Shown here piece by piece: positions 12,201 to 21,200 of a stretch of DNA of 64,000 nt (positions are counted from its first letter, which is position 1; each line of letters starts with the position of its first letter). The translations under genes and the position numbers were made by a program. Below the pieces are notes generated by a model. It saw nothing but the letters and a program-made list of their open reading frames with translations, was not told where the DNA came from and did not search any database. Source of the DNA: Rhizaria sp. SCN 62-66 (taxonomy: Eukaryota); assembly GCA_001724265.1 (NCBI GenBank), contig MEDY01000009.1, positions 62,001 to 126,000 of the forward strand, given 5' to 3'.

Positions 12201-13091
12201 GGCGACGGCAAGCCCCGCAGCGCGCGCGGTGGCGGCGGGCGCAGTCAGCGAGGCCGCGATGGCGTCGGCAAGCGCGCCATCGACGTTGGCAGCGGCAATG
12301 AGCTCGAAGCAGTCGGCGTTGAACTGGCCCTGCGCGACGGCGTAGGACGCGTAGGTGGGCGCGGCGGCGGACCGCAAGGAGGCTGGGAGCGTGGGGAGTA
12401 GCTCACCGGGCACAGGGGACGTCGGCGTCAGCGCGTAGAGATACAGCGCGGTGCGAGCGCCCGCGAGGAGTACCGCGAGCTGCGTGCCGTCGCGCGAAAC
12501 ATCGAGCCCGGCCACGCGTGCGCCCGCCGGAAGGGAGAACGAGGCGTGCAGCGCGCGGGAGGGGAAGCCATAGACGGTGATGGCGGCACCTGCGGGCGAG
12601 TGCGTCGCGCAGAAGACGCGCGACTCGTCGTGCAGAGTCGTGTTGCCACTGCCGCCGTCGCCTGTGTTCGCGTAGCCACGAGTGGCAGACTTGTTGCTGC
12701 TGTCGTAGCCGGGGCGGGCAGCGGGGTCGGCGGGGCCCGAGGGGTCGGCCTCGGCAAGGAGCGGGGAGACGCAGAAGGCGTCGAAGGTGGTGCCGAGTCC
12801 GAACGAGATGTGACGCTGCTCGCGAGTGGAGCACGACAGTAGCGCGAGGACGTTGCCGGCCTTGAAGCATAGCACGTCGTCGCTGAGGTACGAGACGCGC
12901 TTGTGAGAGATAGCAAGCGCCTCCTTGAGGACAACAAGCGAAGATCCGTCCGCGGGGTCGTCGAAGCCGCCCTGTGAGGCGTCGGCACCGCTGCCGCCCG
13001 CGGCCGAGGACGACGAGGGCGAGAAGGGGGTCGTGGGGCCCGAGAAGACGGGCGCGGCCGGCAGCGCAGCTACGCGCGGGTTCGAGCTCAT
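279..13091 (-). CDS. CFAP43: Cilia- and flagella-associated protein 43 (WDR96)-like, about 4270 aa, heavily expanded by Ala-rich inserts
   Basis: Uninterrupted ORF ending TAA (279-281); first ATG at 13091 (the track uses a non-ATG start at 13124). Blocks resembling CFAP43, in order: N-terminal RVSYLSDDVLCFKAGNVLALL; WD-like ATAAAVCPDGSLLVVGTLHGGVNVVDISEP and VRSVVFNTDGDVFAVSS; LERLPLAEFTVD; HRIKAQCVDGMEV; EVANFPLRR; LMHPLECLSPRQKRTQAVLL; KPEWM; coiled coil YEKKLRGVQDDREKRRKVLQTELAKL; C-terminal RQLVDLAKLQSREIAFLRTQLEALRRRTFAAL (cf. the CFAP43 end EVERLRMKTFPAL). Confidence 0.85.
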   Translation of the reverse strand: MSSNPRVAALPAAPVFSGPTTPFSPSSSSAAGGSGADASQGGFDDPADGSSLVVLKEALAISHKRVSYLSDDVLCFKAGNVLALLSCSTREQRHISFGLGTTFDAFCVSPLLAEADPSGPADPAARPGYDSSNKSATRGYANTGDGGSGNTTLHDESRVFCATHSPAGAAITVYGFPSRALHASFSLPAGARVAGLDVSRDGTQLAVLLAGARTALYLYALTPTSPVPGELLPTLPASLRSAAAPTYASYAVAQGQFNADCFELIAAANVDGALADAIAASLTAPAATARAAGLAVADAAAAAAESDDPAAAAAAMSALGGDTTAADAAAAAAAQASTAALGSLARAQARAACVVSFNPFNRGELLTITACGRATLWSVGPFLRGAFNPVLTAVDVALPGAEEQLARQRTSGPAAADVFAETVRASVQRHARAEAAAAAPQQGERDHSGGETDDDADENNPRYRASGSGSDLGSPRDDDGFDRHSRGRHGGSRRGHRDSQASAAAAALAASPALDAAELDALAVATPYLSALTSLPGAVAAAAARSVAAHAWIAAGTVALSTVLGAVLTVAAPALVVPRVTPAAGATPLALASGSEPLRPTAGMLAPPVSNALANSAADDGEQHAFDAPRKLPFVQASALVSGAACSGNATVAAASGAAHSVSTVLFTEAEAGVINHVLHAGSPAAAAATAAMDSSSAHAGSGDGRVSAAARAVRALVALSVPTVLALADVDGDAALWRARTATARALARLNADPADADEPISPLAALLDLAAAPAAAGAPAGCAAAPAAALLPALARAAPAAALAHLAAHAPALALCRAHLLVGTHNDTAVWVSLAALAQVFAPPPGFAASHAAAAAAAAAAAAAAAAAAANSTALVPYGPSTDGAAAATASATATTTTAVSASVTAAATRDGPLAPSLSAADAAAAWVAALPSPPPLPCPGAAGRVLPAPAAAAAALGALCVYRHRLPSPAAAESAANAATTATHDEAEAAPGTAGAPPTLPAGAGGVLPPFYAPPTAALATLAAAVLSPAAAPGSPAALMAAALTAPLSASSAFPAAANSSAVASLAFAPDFTSYVVLTAGGLLRRVQVVGQPRVLTHARRVVADAFAYWKSFLNSPDPAAAANSAATAALAAAPAALAAAEAASAAAGAGSTARRHSGASHLTAEAAAAASTGLSPAAIAALPPSGAAAVRILQGLGAALPSLDLHTIARRNARGGRRARRAAEAAAAAGDGVIAGSLDDNNGEDDDDDDNGDGDDDEDIDPVALAATAEQEERLFNAAVALLLGSIFDVTALGTFPLAAAPGLQHMYALTLASAAATVSTGSGSNSKTPFLMPPNAVAAPGTAGDTQLQQAQLAASALAPWSRGTNTIALPFAAPGSAAAEALARARRTRATAAAFAAAAATNELNAATGGTGAGANGAAGAAQSGALARAAARDSSSCVLTWGLTAPVAVWAVAPRALLGVYPTSAPATAAAVCPDGSLLVVGTLHGGVNVVDISEPTAMRLVWSRRLFPAHTPATDAASAVAASAVAAAADDDAFPLGDDPQSSAGAGSAVDAVLVSGSGADAGADVDAAGLVRSVVFNTDGDVFAVSSRDCTVFIRTADLEVLAVANHDELLTDPDAPPAPAPARGARLGSDKPAGAASAPASVCDSARLVVVSGAPTVTAAGYSAAAQVAADAMRKESVHIVRWLPASAPLATAAAPAAGSASDGAAASAAAPAAVGGGVFFERIAFLTTKGRVIVARPPSAYHHPSSRDLALRRSALRPVATVLPVAAVAAEAVPHHIAATLPSAAAMHAPLQPPATAAGPAAPVPVGADAALSFALLLCADRVLRAVQVLPDGRLCLAAQSDAMPALPLAAAFAPFSHAFPGLSLFAVAAADGTVTLAAVDPGPVAAAAAGANAASSAGGPRSPTSADGGRPLAIRGVDIADPETCASTALHNITTATAAAATGVTTTPGLIGAVGSSSSASAAAASLLTAATLSGVAALGGGDVSVTLPGGDAAQLSAQLQQQQAALSAPLMMTAARALATRRQAAAVAANKAARVRAVAERRAAAIAAAEEAGTAPPSESDHDDGDEDGEDATAGITAAALARAPRRNSFVLTTDGSLQSAAAAAASAAHEQEALAPLCYGVHLGGGYALNSRPTRTVALRCLMAFSAHAPAAGAALSAALPAALPASGRANARAVAAALTGAAASLAFTAEGRYLATTGSAAAAAPAAFGALPATAPADALAAAAARADAVDGEGAALVWDMSKVLVRAHAALQNTGLHGRAAAAAQSAIAMRSALATRAAAAVRTPASVRAQTLDVLATALSRHALCIPAPASRNSGSGSGSAAVGPVLPPGIAAAVWGSVSMAHAEVTLNSAVELVSAAPSEPAAPAPGSAAAAVAANAPAAAAPASAMPLVTLRTGPIGVSASAKELAAAAAAAAATAASISAHDDPEGAAAAQAAAVAAAAASAAAPAGGFQSSRRRASLGYGGVLAGLAEAADQDAALAALDRVNGANADDADGAAANGDGAASSAAAAAIARANAAAAAAAATAARDAVVSGLAKFRKAFMGLVARNERAGTLERLPLAEFTVDVALAAALRRRAAAAVVRVREAAERAIVARRMIAHRIKAQCVDGMEVMGKVVVSMTSLPAPAAPAPSFASPGGAPAAAAPVPAVEVANFPLRRVPADEQRRTAQVLHLRFMASMEQRWYCQAIAMQESSRGNGSASAGTVLTAAARARASAGAGAASAANGGGSHVATALWRPWTLTQRAQWVLNASPVTMPDPLQQCYDSRILRPDAEAAEEEDADGAAGGSGARKSAAGAKGAAAGKNAAKNARASAAATASTGDADGDGADGDEGAAAKTGRRADNDDDVSAGDRNGSSAASASGPMSGIPLPALMHPLECLSPRQKRTQAVLLRARMLGFQRAFNALVEQAAAQKKRDCEVVADKTRRVREAQAEVELLRLAQDHLAAHGHILPGAGDAAGATPAAAVPLFTPLQDEREDPLLVLTVPDAAIKAPKVLSAKERAAAAKQQAEEAARRAAAGDADDGADPQRGLQQMLRGGQLQSGVAGIVQSVVDVWVAELDKAKPEWMVDAEAAALAAAEGRDEAPAEPVPPPPSLPPHMAAAAAAAAAAAAAAEGVIVLNPDGTVDVSLLNEQQTIDYTAYEKKLRGVQDDREKRRKVLQTELAKLRSDVAAVVKRFTAHLTSLAKARVVFVKAVLEHELAVAGLARDAVRAEQLATETALVNARCGALQRERHTAQAALGHAAVLLQSGARALYSAVAAAADADRSMRRDLTSEATILVPAAAVPTMVDAGLKWVRQRRRPPVFTHALLYQSVLALGAVMVAHYPVPVAAAVPIDPATGAPYEDAASGASPDGDADGMMDGGVVASASTAAVNTTAGPLTAQVRALLSGASQSTATSAVQSDAPLTLPGARQPWASPAHALLYGAQSGPVAALHMASPSAAPVPLAAILAPFFTAAPAAAGAATFTRTPLSPLWHVLAAYGARAIASSHGGTGGAFASAAAAAAAGSSVNATRTGRAATALSGARTGSARGGPRSRAGGAGSAGAGVVAASLSPAMQWHPVSVLTAPLASAALPSLGSTNVAVALAAASAVTTGLAAAAASAPPGTAASGPAAAALAAAVTAAMSAPLPFLYPYPAAVVAVPGAAATAGAGLAAAGDALAWMTDAASADPDAAGATSSDSADDDLAAAAVAAAAAGAAAGTGPSEWRRTLARRRRAQWERELRCQRLADFLMELAHSYDALTLAVSEASEDAAVMQRARRRLARARLAAAVAPSPACVAAGLTVSGTVRSPLDCELTISLQNGSVELDAAGFGATTVAEEASSSALGALAVAVVPDRSDALLCPLKWVHALNAAVTVAGNEKVNRMRQRAEGKVANAASARDLVRLELERADAADLTAELHLLRVTKSLQAAVRAASAKGEPGAEGGDAEAFFRAETEEADAHAQSAAQAATQAQLERQVDFARLTAGGRLRVRQDTLAQLAAAAGQRQRENARLISTVKLLAAAVAERAHVATLRSGSGPRPASRAAPRPMSRGSRPGTATALQGADGGMPNIVALAMDVEGDLGLEPAAAESLEAVLAAVAAGTVNAPPGAGTTAAAAAAVTDVIGDHASSGQGRKMKEVTMRRQLVDLAKLQSREIAFLRTQLEALRRRTFAALPPLPGSELPAFSPPSTAAGFASSIGGVGGAQSPQALGLARMDLRSRGGPSLSGSFAPQSRPSTTGGVNGSGAVPSSLPDIRPTRASTTTGVKF
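10476..10532 (-). repeat. Trinucleotide tract encoding a 19-Ala run in CFAP43
   Basis: (GCA/GCG)n on the + strand; protein reads SH(A)19NS. Confidence 0.9.
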
Positions 13092-14122
13092 CTGCGAGTG
13101 TGAATCAGGTCTTGCGTTTAGCAAGGAAACGTCGCGCGCGAACTAGAACGGCCGATGGGTTGAATAACTTTAATCCGTGAACGAGTTTGTGAGAAGTGCA
13201 ACGACTGGTCAGTAGGTTAACGGACAGAAGTACAAAGGTCGGTGAGCAATACGTGCGAGAAAGTAAGCATACGCGCAATCTTAAGATACAACAATACACA
13301 ATCACGACTTAAGGCGTGCCAAACTCTTTAAACATGAGATACTGACTACAGGCAGGTCTTGCAAGTGATGCGTTAGCGTTCATCTTGGTCGACCGAGAAG
13401 CACACACGAAAGTAGAGTGTTCATCGGGATAGATCCGTCTAGTAAAAGAGCGACAAGTATGGTAGTAGTGTCCAATCACTATTTGCCATATGTTTTAATT
13501 ATGTGCCTATACAACACTGCCACGGGTCACTGTGCGTACGTTTGTGTCCAAACCGTTTTTCATTTTTTTCAAACCTGCAAGACGAGTCGTTGGACAATTT
13601 TCACGAACAGGCTGTCTCGACATCGTCTCAGCCGCGGTCACAAAACCATGTAAAGGACTGTATTACGGCAGATTCTTACATGGTAAAGTTGCAATTTGAA
13701 GAGATTATAGAAATTTAGCTCATACTTATTGGGAGCTGGACTATTCTCCTGTTAACGGACTATGTACTCCGATTGAGTCTGCTTTTAAGGACACTCCGGA
13801 GCCATCTTTGGGGTCTTCTTGGCCCGTCACCCCGGTTCAACTTTAAACGTATCATGCTTTGTCCACATTCCCTCAATGATTTTATATTTTGCTGGGCCGT
13901 TTTTATTGTTAAGTATTTCAACGAAAACACTTGCTTAAAACCTCTCTGGTCCTTTCTGAATATTCGTATTGGCTAGTTTTGCGAGCTTAAGTAGGATCAC
14001 CTTCCGCCCTCCACGCCGCCGCCAACGAGGTCACCCCGGTCCCCCGCGCGGCCTCACACGCACCGGACCTTTTTCGTCCGCGCCCGCACCGCGCCTCTTG
14101 CGCTTTGCGCCCCGCGTAGCCC
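13092..14122. promoter_or_regulatory. AT-rich divergent (head-to-head) spacer, CFAP43/ThrE-like; probable bidirectional promoter and 5' UTRs
   Basis: Sharp GC drop between two outward-pointing start codons; no credible ORF. Confidence 0.55.
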
Positions 14123-17100
14123 ATGTCTTCTCTCGGCAAGCGCGCCGGCGACTCAGCCGACGCCGCCGTGCCCCCGTCTTCGTCCCCGGCGAGCACTGGT
14201 GGCGCCGCGAACCTGCCGCCGCCAGTGGTCGTCGTGAACCGCGCGTCGTCGTCCTCGGACGCCGCAGACCCCGATGCGAGAATGTACAACCTTCCGCCGA
14301 CGCCGCAATTCCCCCAAATTCCCGAGGCGCCCTCGGCCGTCACCGCCCACGCGCCGGGCGCCACAGCAACAACAAACGCGACTGCTGCAACTGCGTCGCC
14401 CTACTTCGTGCCGCTGCTTCCTTCCCAGCAGCAGCAGCCGCTGCCGCTGCCCGCGACAACGATGCCTACTATACCCACGGTCACGTCTCAGTTCCCCGCT
14501 GGCATCAACACAACGCCCTCGTTCGCTTTCAACACCGCCCTGTTCCCCAACTCCACCACTGGCGTCGTCAACACGGCGGCGCCCACGTCCGGCTCGGTGC
14601 AGTTCCCCAACAGCGTCGTCTTCCCCGCGGGCTCGGTCGCCCCGCCTGCGTCCCTGGTTTCTAGCGCCACCGCCGCCGTCCCCACCACTGCCGCAATGGC
14701 AACGGGCGGCATGGCCACTTCGGGCGGCTTCAGCAGCTTCTCGCCGCCGCAGCAGAGCGTGCTAGGCTCGGTCACCGGCCTTAACAACAACAACGTGAAC
14801 ATGAATATGATCATGCTCGGCTCGACTGTGGGTGCAAACCCGTTCGGCTCCGTTGTCAGCGCTGCCGTTGACTCCAGCATGGGCTCAACGGGCCACATGG
14901 GCCACAACGCGTTCTCAAACCTGCCGACTCTGCCTCAGCCGAATGCAATGCAATTCTCCCATCAGCCGCAGTCCACGCTGCCGCTATCCATGACCATGCA
15001 GCCCCTACAACAGCCCCTCCAGCAGCCTCTGCAGCAGCAGCACTTTGCGCCGATGCACCACCACCACCCGCTGCTGCACACGGCGTACCAGGTCTCGCCC
15101 TCGGCGGCGGCGCCCTTCTACGCTGTGGACCCCGTGGCTGTGGCCGCCGCCACGGAGGCCGTCAACGCCTTCGCGGCCTCGGCGCTCGCGGCGGCCCAGG
15201 CGCCCGACGCCGACACCGCGAACACTGCCACGGCCACCTCGCAGCAGCAGCAGCAGCAGCAGGTCGAGGAGTACGGCAGCGACAACGCCGAGACCGAGTA
15301 CTCGGCGACGGCGTACGTGCAGCAGGCCGAGGCCGAGGCCGCGGCGGCGCGGAAGCTCCGCGACGAGCGCATCACACGTCAGAAGAAGCTCCTCATCGTC
15401 GGGCTGCTCAAGGCGCTGGCGCGCTACGGCTGCACGACCCACCGCATCGAGTTCTTGGTGCACCGCGTGGCCAAGGCGCTAGGTGTGCGCTGCAACGCGA
15501 TGGTGCTGCCGAACATGCTCATGATTACCTTCGGCTCGAAGCTCATGGACCCTTCGGAGTCGCACTCGCTGGTGCTGGCCATGGGCGGCGGGCTCGACTG
15601 CTACAAGCTGCACGAGACCGAGACGCTGGCCCTGGCCATCGCCGAGCTGGCCAACCCCAAGCGCCGCCTGGCGCTCGCCGCCGCCGCCGTGGCCGCCGCC
15701 GCTGACGCGGACGGTGCCGACACCGGGGCCGACGCAGGCTGCGCAGACAGCGGCGACGCGGCGGCCGCAAACCGGCTTGCGGAGGCCCCGCTCTTGGGCG
15801 CAACGCGGCGCTCCCGCGCGGCGGGCGGCATCGGCGCGACGCTGCGCGGAGCCGTGGGGATGACGGCGCGGCGGCGGCAGGTGCCCGCACTAGGCACGGC
15901 CTCGCTCGGCGACAGCGTCCGCGACACCAGTCCACGCTCTGCCAACAACAATAATAATACCAACGGCAATATCAACGTGGCTAATCCGGCGACGGTGGTG
16001 GTCAGCGGCCGGCGCGGCAGCGGCAGCGTTTCCCGGTCCCAGTCCCAGTCGCGCTAGCAGTCTCAAAGACACAACGGCCCCGCGTCTGTTGGCCTCCGCG
16101 GCCTCACTGCGCGCGGCAACGGCGCCGGCGCCGGCGCCGGCAGAAGCGCCAACGCGGCGTCCGCGCACGCGCAGACTATGCTTTCGCACCGGGAGACGCG
16201 CAGCAGCGACGGCGAGGATGACGACGTCGACCCCGAGGCGCCGCGCGCGCGCCCGCGCCTCGCAAGCAACGGCGGCGGCGGCGGCAACTGCACCACCAGC
16301 AAGGGCGCGTCCGCCCGTCGCGGCGGCGCTGCGAGCGCGGGCGCGGGCGCGGGCGCGATGGGCTCCGGCTCGGGCCTGGCGCGGCCGCCGCGGGGCGCGG
16401 TGATTGACCCGCCGGAGCCACAGGAGGAGGACACGGACGAGTCGGACGGCGGCGACGGCGTCTTCGGCGCCGCGCGCAGGCAGGTGCCGCAGCGCACAGG
16501 CTACTTCCCGCCGCCGATCAACACGCTCGACGACGTGGCCATGTCGCCGCACGTCCCGCTCAAGGGCGCGGCCGGCTACGCTGGGGGGCCGCAGCCGCTC
16601 AGCGCAGTGGGGCTGCAGGGCAGCGCCAGCTTCGCCGGCAGCCCCCGCCTCGGCGCCGGCTTCTATCACGCACCCGGGACCGCTCCCAACAAAATTGCTG
16701 CGAACGGTGCACCGTCTGCGCCGTCTGTGGTGCGCTCCATCGGCAATAACAATAATAGCATCACTTCCGTGAACGCGGCGCCCGTGACTCCCGTCTCTGT
16801 CGTCGGCAAGCCCAGCAAAAACAGCAGTCAGGGCAGCAGCACCAGCGCTGTGGCCAACAACAACGACATTAACAACAACAACAACAACGGTAGCGGTAAC
16901 GGAAGCGGTATCGCGCCGCCGCCCGGGTCGAACAGCACGAGTCACCGCTGCGCGAACCGCCGGGCCGCTGCGGCCAACGCCGCCGCTGCCGTCGCCGCCG
17001 CGAGTGGCATGAACAGCGGCGGTGGCGCCCCGCTGCCACCGCCGCCGATGCCGCTGCCGCCCAGCGGCGACTCCGCAGCCCCCAGCGCGGCCGCCAGCTC

Positions 17101-18221
17101 CCATCCCAGCAGCGTCCAGGACTCCCCCGCCGCGGTCGCGCAGCCCGCGCCCGAGTCGGCCGCCGTGCAACCCGCGCAGCCGCACGGCGACGCAGTTGTC
17201 TCGGTGACCTCCGGCGGCGGCGCGGCGGCCACGCGGCCGGCCTCGCAGTCGATCCCGCGCGCGGGCGCCGCGGTGCCGCCGATCATCCCCGACAACGTAT
17301 CGGTGCCAGGCACCACGGGTGCCATGCCGCTCGTGCACCAGCAGTACGCACAGCAGCAACAGCAGCAGCAGCAGCTGGCGCTCGCGGGCCCGTCGTTCTC
17401 GCAGCTGAGCTCGGTGGCGATGCCGGTGACGAGCAGCTCGCTCATGTCCCAGTCGGCGCTGCCGCTGTCCACCCTCGCGGGCGTCCCCGTCTCCGTCACC
17501 GGCGCCGCCCCCCCTGCTGGCTCTGCTGCCGCTCCCAGCGCTGCCGCTCCCAGCATTGCCGCTGCCGGCGCGGCGCTGCCCCCGCTCGACACCACCTCGG
17601 TCGCGGCACGCGTTCGGCAGGCTGCGCGCGAGGTGGCCCGCGAGAAGCGCCGCAAGCGGATCCTGCACATGCAGCGCGTGCAGCAGCATCTTCAGCAGCA
17701 GCAGCAGCAGCAGCGCCAGGCGGCCGCTGCGAGCGCCGCTGCCGCCGCTGCGGCCGCCGCGTCTGCGGTCGGCGGGTCCGATAGCGACTACTCGTTCAGC
17801 GGCACCGACACGGACGATGACGACGAGTTCATGCGGCCGCCCGGCTACCTTGGCGGCGGGTCAGCCGGCACGGGCGGCTTCCGCGCGATGCCGCTGCTTA
17901 ACGCGCGCAAGGCCGTGGTGGCGCGGTCCACGGCCGTGAGCTCTCACGTCGGCAATATCGCCGACAAAGACAAAGAGAAGGACAAGGACAAGGTCAAGGA
18001 CAGCAAGGTGACGAGCACACCCACGCTCACCGCTGCCCCGGCGCCCGGCTCTGGCTCTCTGGGCCCCGCGCAGCCCGCCGCCGACGCCACCATCGCTGGC
18101 ACGGGCCTCACCGCAGGCCAGATCGCACTGGGCGCCGTGGCGAACGCGATCGCGCCAGACACGTTGCCGCAGTACATCGCAGCGCTGATCTCGTCCCAGC
18201 AGCAGCAGCAGCAGCTCCAGC

Positions 18222-18257
<36 letters not shown>

Positions 18258-21200
18258 CGGCGGCCGCGGCGGCGCTTGGGGCGGCCGGCCTGCCCCCTGG
18301 CGCGGTGGGGATCACTCTGCCGCTGGGCATGCCTGTTGGGACTGCGCCACACCCCGTCGACGTCCGCCAAGCGCGCGAGCTGTCGCTGCTGGCCCAGTCC
18401 AACGCTGTGCTGGGCGCGCTCACCGGACAGCCCCCGCTGTCGGCCGCGCTGCCCGGCTTCGCGCCCGCTCCCATCGCCCCTGTCGCGGTAGGGACGGCGA
18501 CTGCGCAGCTTATTGCGAGCCCGCATCAGGCGCCGCGCCTGCCACAGCCGCTGTCGCCCGCGCTGGTGCCGTCGATGCTCTCGACACAAGGCTCCGCTGC
18601 AACGGGCGCGACGTCGCTGGCCGCCTCCGAGAGCGCGCTCGCGGGCTCCGCGTCGAGCATGGGCGCCGCGCTGGCCGCGGAGCAGGTGTCCGCAGTCGAC
18701 GTCGCCGCCGCCGCTGCCGCTGCGTCGTCACCGTCGTCGAAGCCTGGCTCTGCGTCCGTGTCGCCATCGGTGGCGCCCGCCGCCGCCGCGGGGCCTTCAT
18801 CATTGTCTCCCCAGCTCATCGCCACCGTCCCCGCGGTCGCGACCAGCACTAGCCCTAGCGGTTTCGTGTCCACCACGGCCTACGCCGGGCTCCCCGCGTT
18901 GCAGCCTGCCGTCTCGGTGCCCATGACCGCGCCCGGGAGCGCCCCGACGACTGCGGCGGCGCCCGTATTTGTGCCGACCGCGGTGACCGTAGGCGGCGTG
19001 CCCTGTGTGCTCATCCCCACCGCGAGCGCACTGACGACGGCCGCGGCGCCGGGCTTGGTCTCGCCCGTCGCGCTTCCACCCCCCGCCGCGGGCTCGGTGG
19101 CCACCGGCCCCGTGGCCACCGGCCCGGTGGCCGGCGGCCCAGTGGCCGGCGGTGCGACCGACGTGGCCGCGATGGCCGCGTCCGCCGCCGTGGAGGCCGC
19201 CAAGGACGGCGCGGCGGGCGAGGACAACTCGGACGCTGACGACCGTGCCAACGCCGCCGAGCTGGCCTCGGCGCTCGCGCTGCCCGGCGCAGCCGAGTCG
19301 GCGGTGGGAGGCGGTCGGTACGAGTATGATTACGACTACGACTCGGACAACGGCGACGCCGACGAGCAGACCGGCACAGGCGCTGGCTACGGTGACGCAG
19401 AGGGGGGATACTATGACGACGAGGACGAGGACGACGGCGAAGACGAGTCGTACCTCCCGGTCTATGTGTACGACTCCGAGGGCCACATCGTGACGGTGGA
19501 CGAGGAATCCGGCAACGTCATGGTCGTCGACCCCTTCGATCAGCCCCTCGGCGACGGCCTCACACCCGAGTCGCTGGGCACCGTCGTCGCTGTCATCCCC
19601 GCGCAGGTCTACATCCGTGCGAACCTGCCGATGCTCACCGCCGCCGCCGAGGCCGCACTGCACGCGGAGGTGGCCGCCGAGAAGACGCGCGCCGCCGCGC
19701 AGGACGCCGCCAACGCCGCCGCCGCCGCCGCCGCGGCCCTGGCGGGCGCCGGGGACGAGGCCGCGGACTGGGACGCCGTCGAGGGCTCCCCTGAACACGC
19801 ACTCGTGGTTGAGGCCAACGCACAGGCTGAGCAGGCTGAGGCCGACGCCGTGGCCGCCGAGGGCGTGCTGGCGATGGCGCGCGCGTACCAGTCGCTGCTG
19901 CAGAAGCTGCTGGTGGCGGCAGCGCGCCAGAACGCGCTGCACGTCGACGCCAGCTGGTTTGACGGCATGCCCGCCGAGGTGGCCGAGTACTACGGCGTCA
20001 CCGCCGACAAGGTTGCCGCCGCGGCGCAAGCAGCCGGCGCCACGAGTGCAGGCGACGATGGCTACGAGGCCGGCGCCGCCGAGGCCGGCGGGCGCGTGCA
20101 GCGCCATCTAGCGATGGTAGCCTATGGCGCGGGCGGTGGCGACGACGACAACGGCGGCGGCGGCGGTCTGGGCGGCAAAGCCGCGCAGGCATCGGGCATG
20201 GACGACGACCCGATGCCCAAGAGCGGCTGGGACATCTTCTTCTCATGTCGGCGCCCGAGGTACGACCACTTCCACCCAGACAAGCCGTACGACATGCGCG
20301 TGGCGCTGCACCGCATCATCAGCGCACCCTCGCTGTACCCGCCCTGGCTGCAGGCCGTCATGATCGTCGTGTGCTCGACCGCGTGCGCGACGCTTTTCTT
20401 CGGCGGCGGTCTCAACGAGACCTACGTCGCCTTCGTCGGCTCCGTCATCTCGGCGCTGTTTCAGTACTTGTCATGCTACTACTCGGCCGTCGACAAGCTG
20501 CTTAACTTCCTCTGCCCCATGCTCGTCGCCTTCGTCACGGCCGTGTTCCGCATGTACGTCTTCCCCGATCTCTGCCCCACGCCGACCTCGCTGGCGGCGA
20601 TCATTTGGTTCCTGCCCGGCTGGTCCATCACCACGGCCGTCATTGAACTGGGCGCACGCAGCATGATCTCCGGCACCGTGCGCTTCATGAACGCCATCTT
20701 CACCACGCTCCAGATGGGCTTCGGGCTCGCGCTGGGTGCTGAGCTGGCCTCGTGGAAGTCGATGCCGCCAGTGCCCTCGCCGTGTACCTCGGGCGTCAGC
20801 GACGTGTGGCAGGCGCTCACGTTTCCCATGATGTCGGTTGCGTTCAACGTGCTGCTGGGCGGGCATCCGCGCCAATGGCTGGGTATGAGCTCCACCGCGA
20901 TGGTCGCCATGTTCGGGTCCAACTGGCTCTCCAAGGTTATCCCGGGCGACCTCATCACCATGGTCACGGCTTTCCTCGTCGGCGTCTGGGGCGGCCTGCT
21001 GTCCATCGTGTTCAACGAGCAGCCCATCGTCTTCTTCCTTGCTGGCACGCTCATGCTCGTGCCCGGTTCCATCGGCGTGCGCGGCGCCGCCGCCATCTTC
21101 AACAACAAGTCGTTCGAGATGTTCGACTTCTTCACGACGCTGCTGCGCACCACGATCTCCATCTGCGTCGGGCTGCTCGTGGCCAACTTCCTCGTCCCAC

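Noticed and set aside
298-12870. Many long + strand and alternative-frame ORFs overlapping CFAP43 (e.g. 8025-11006, 993 aa), and similar ones over the other giant genes
   Set aside because: Shadow ORFs expected from extreme GC3 and Ala-codon bias; Arg/Gly/Ala-rich translations with no recognisable motifs.
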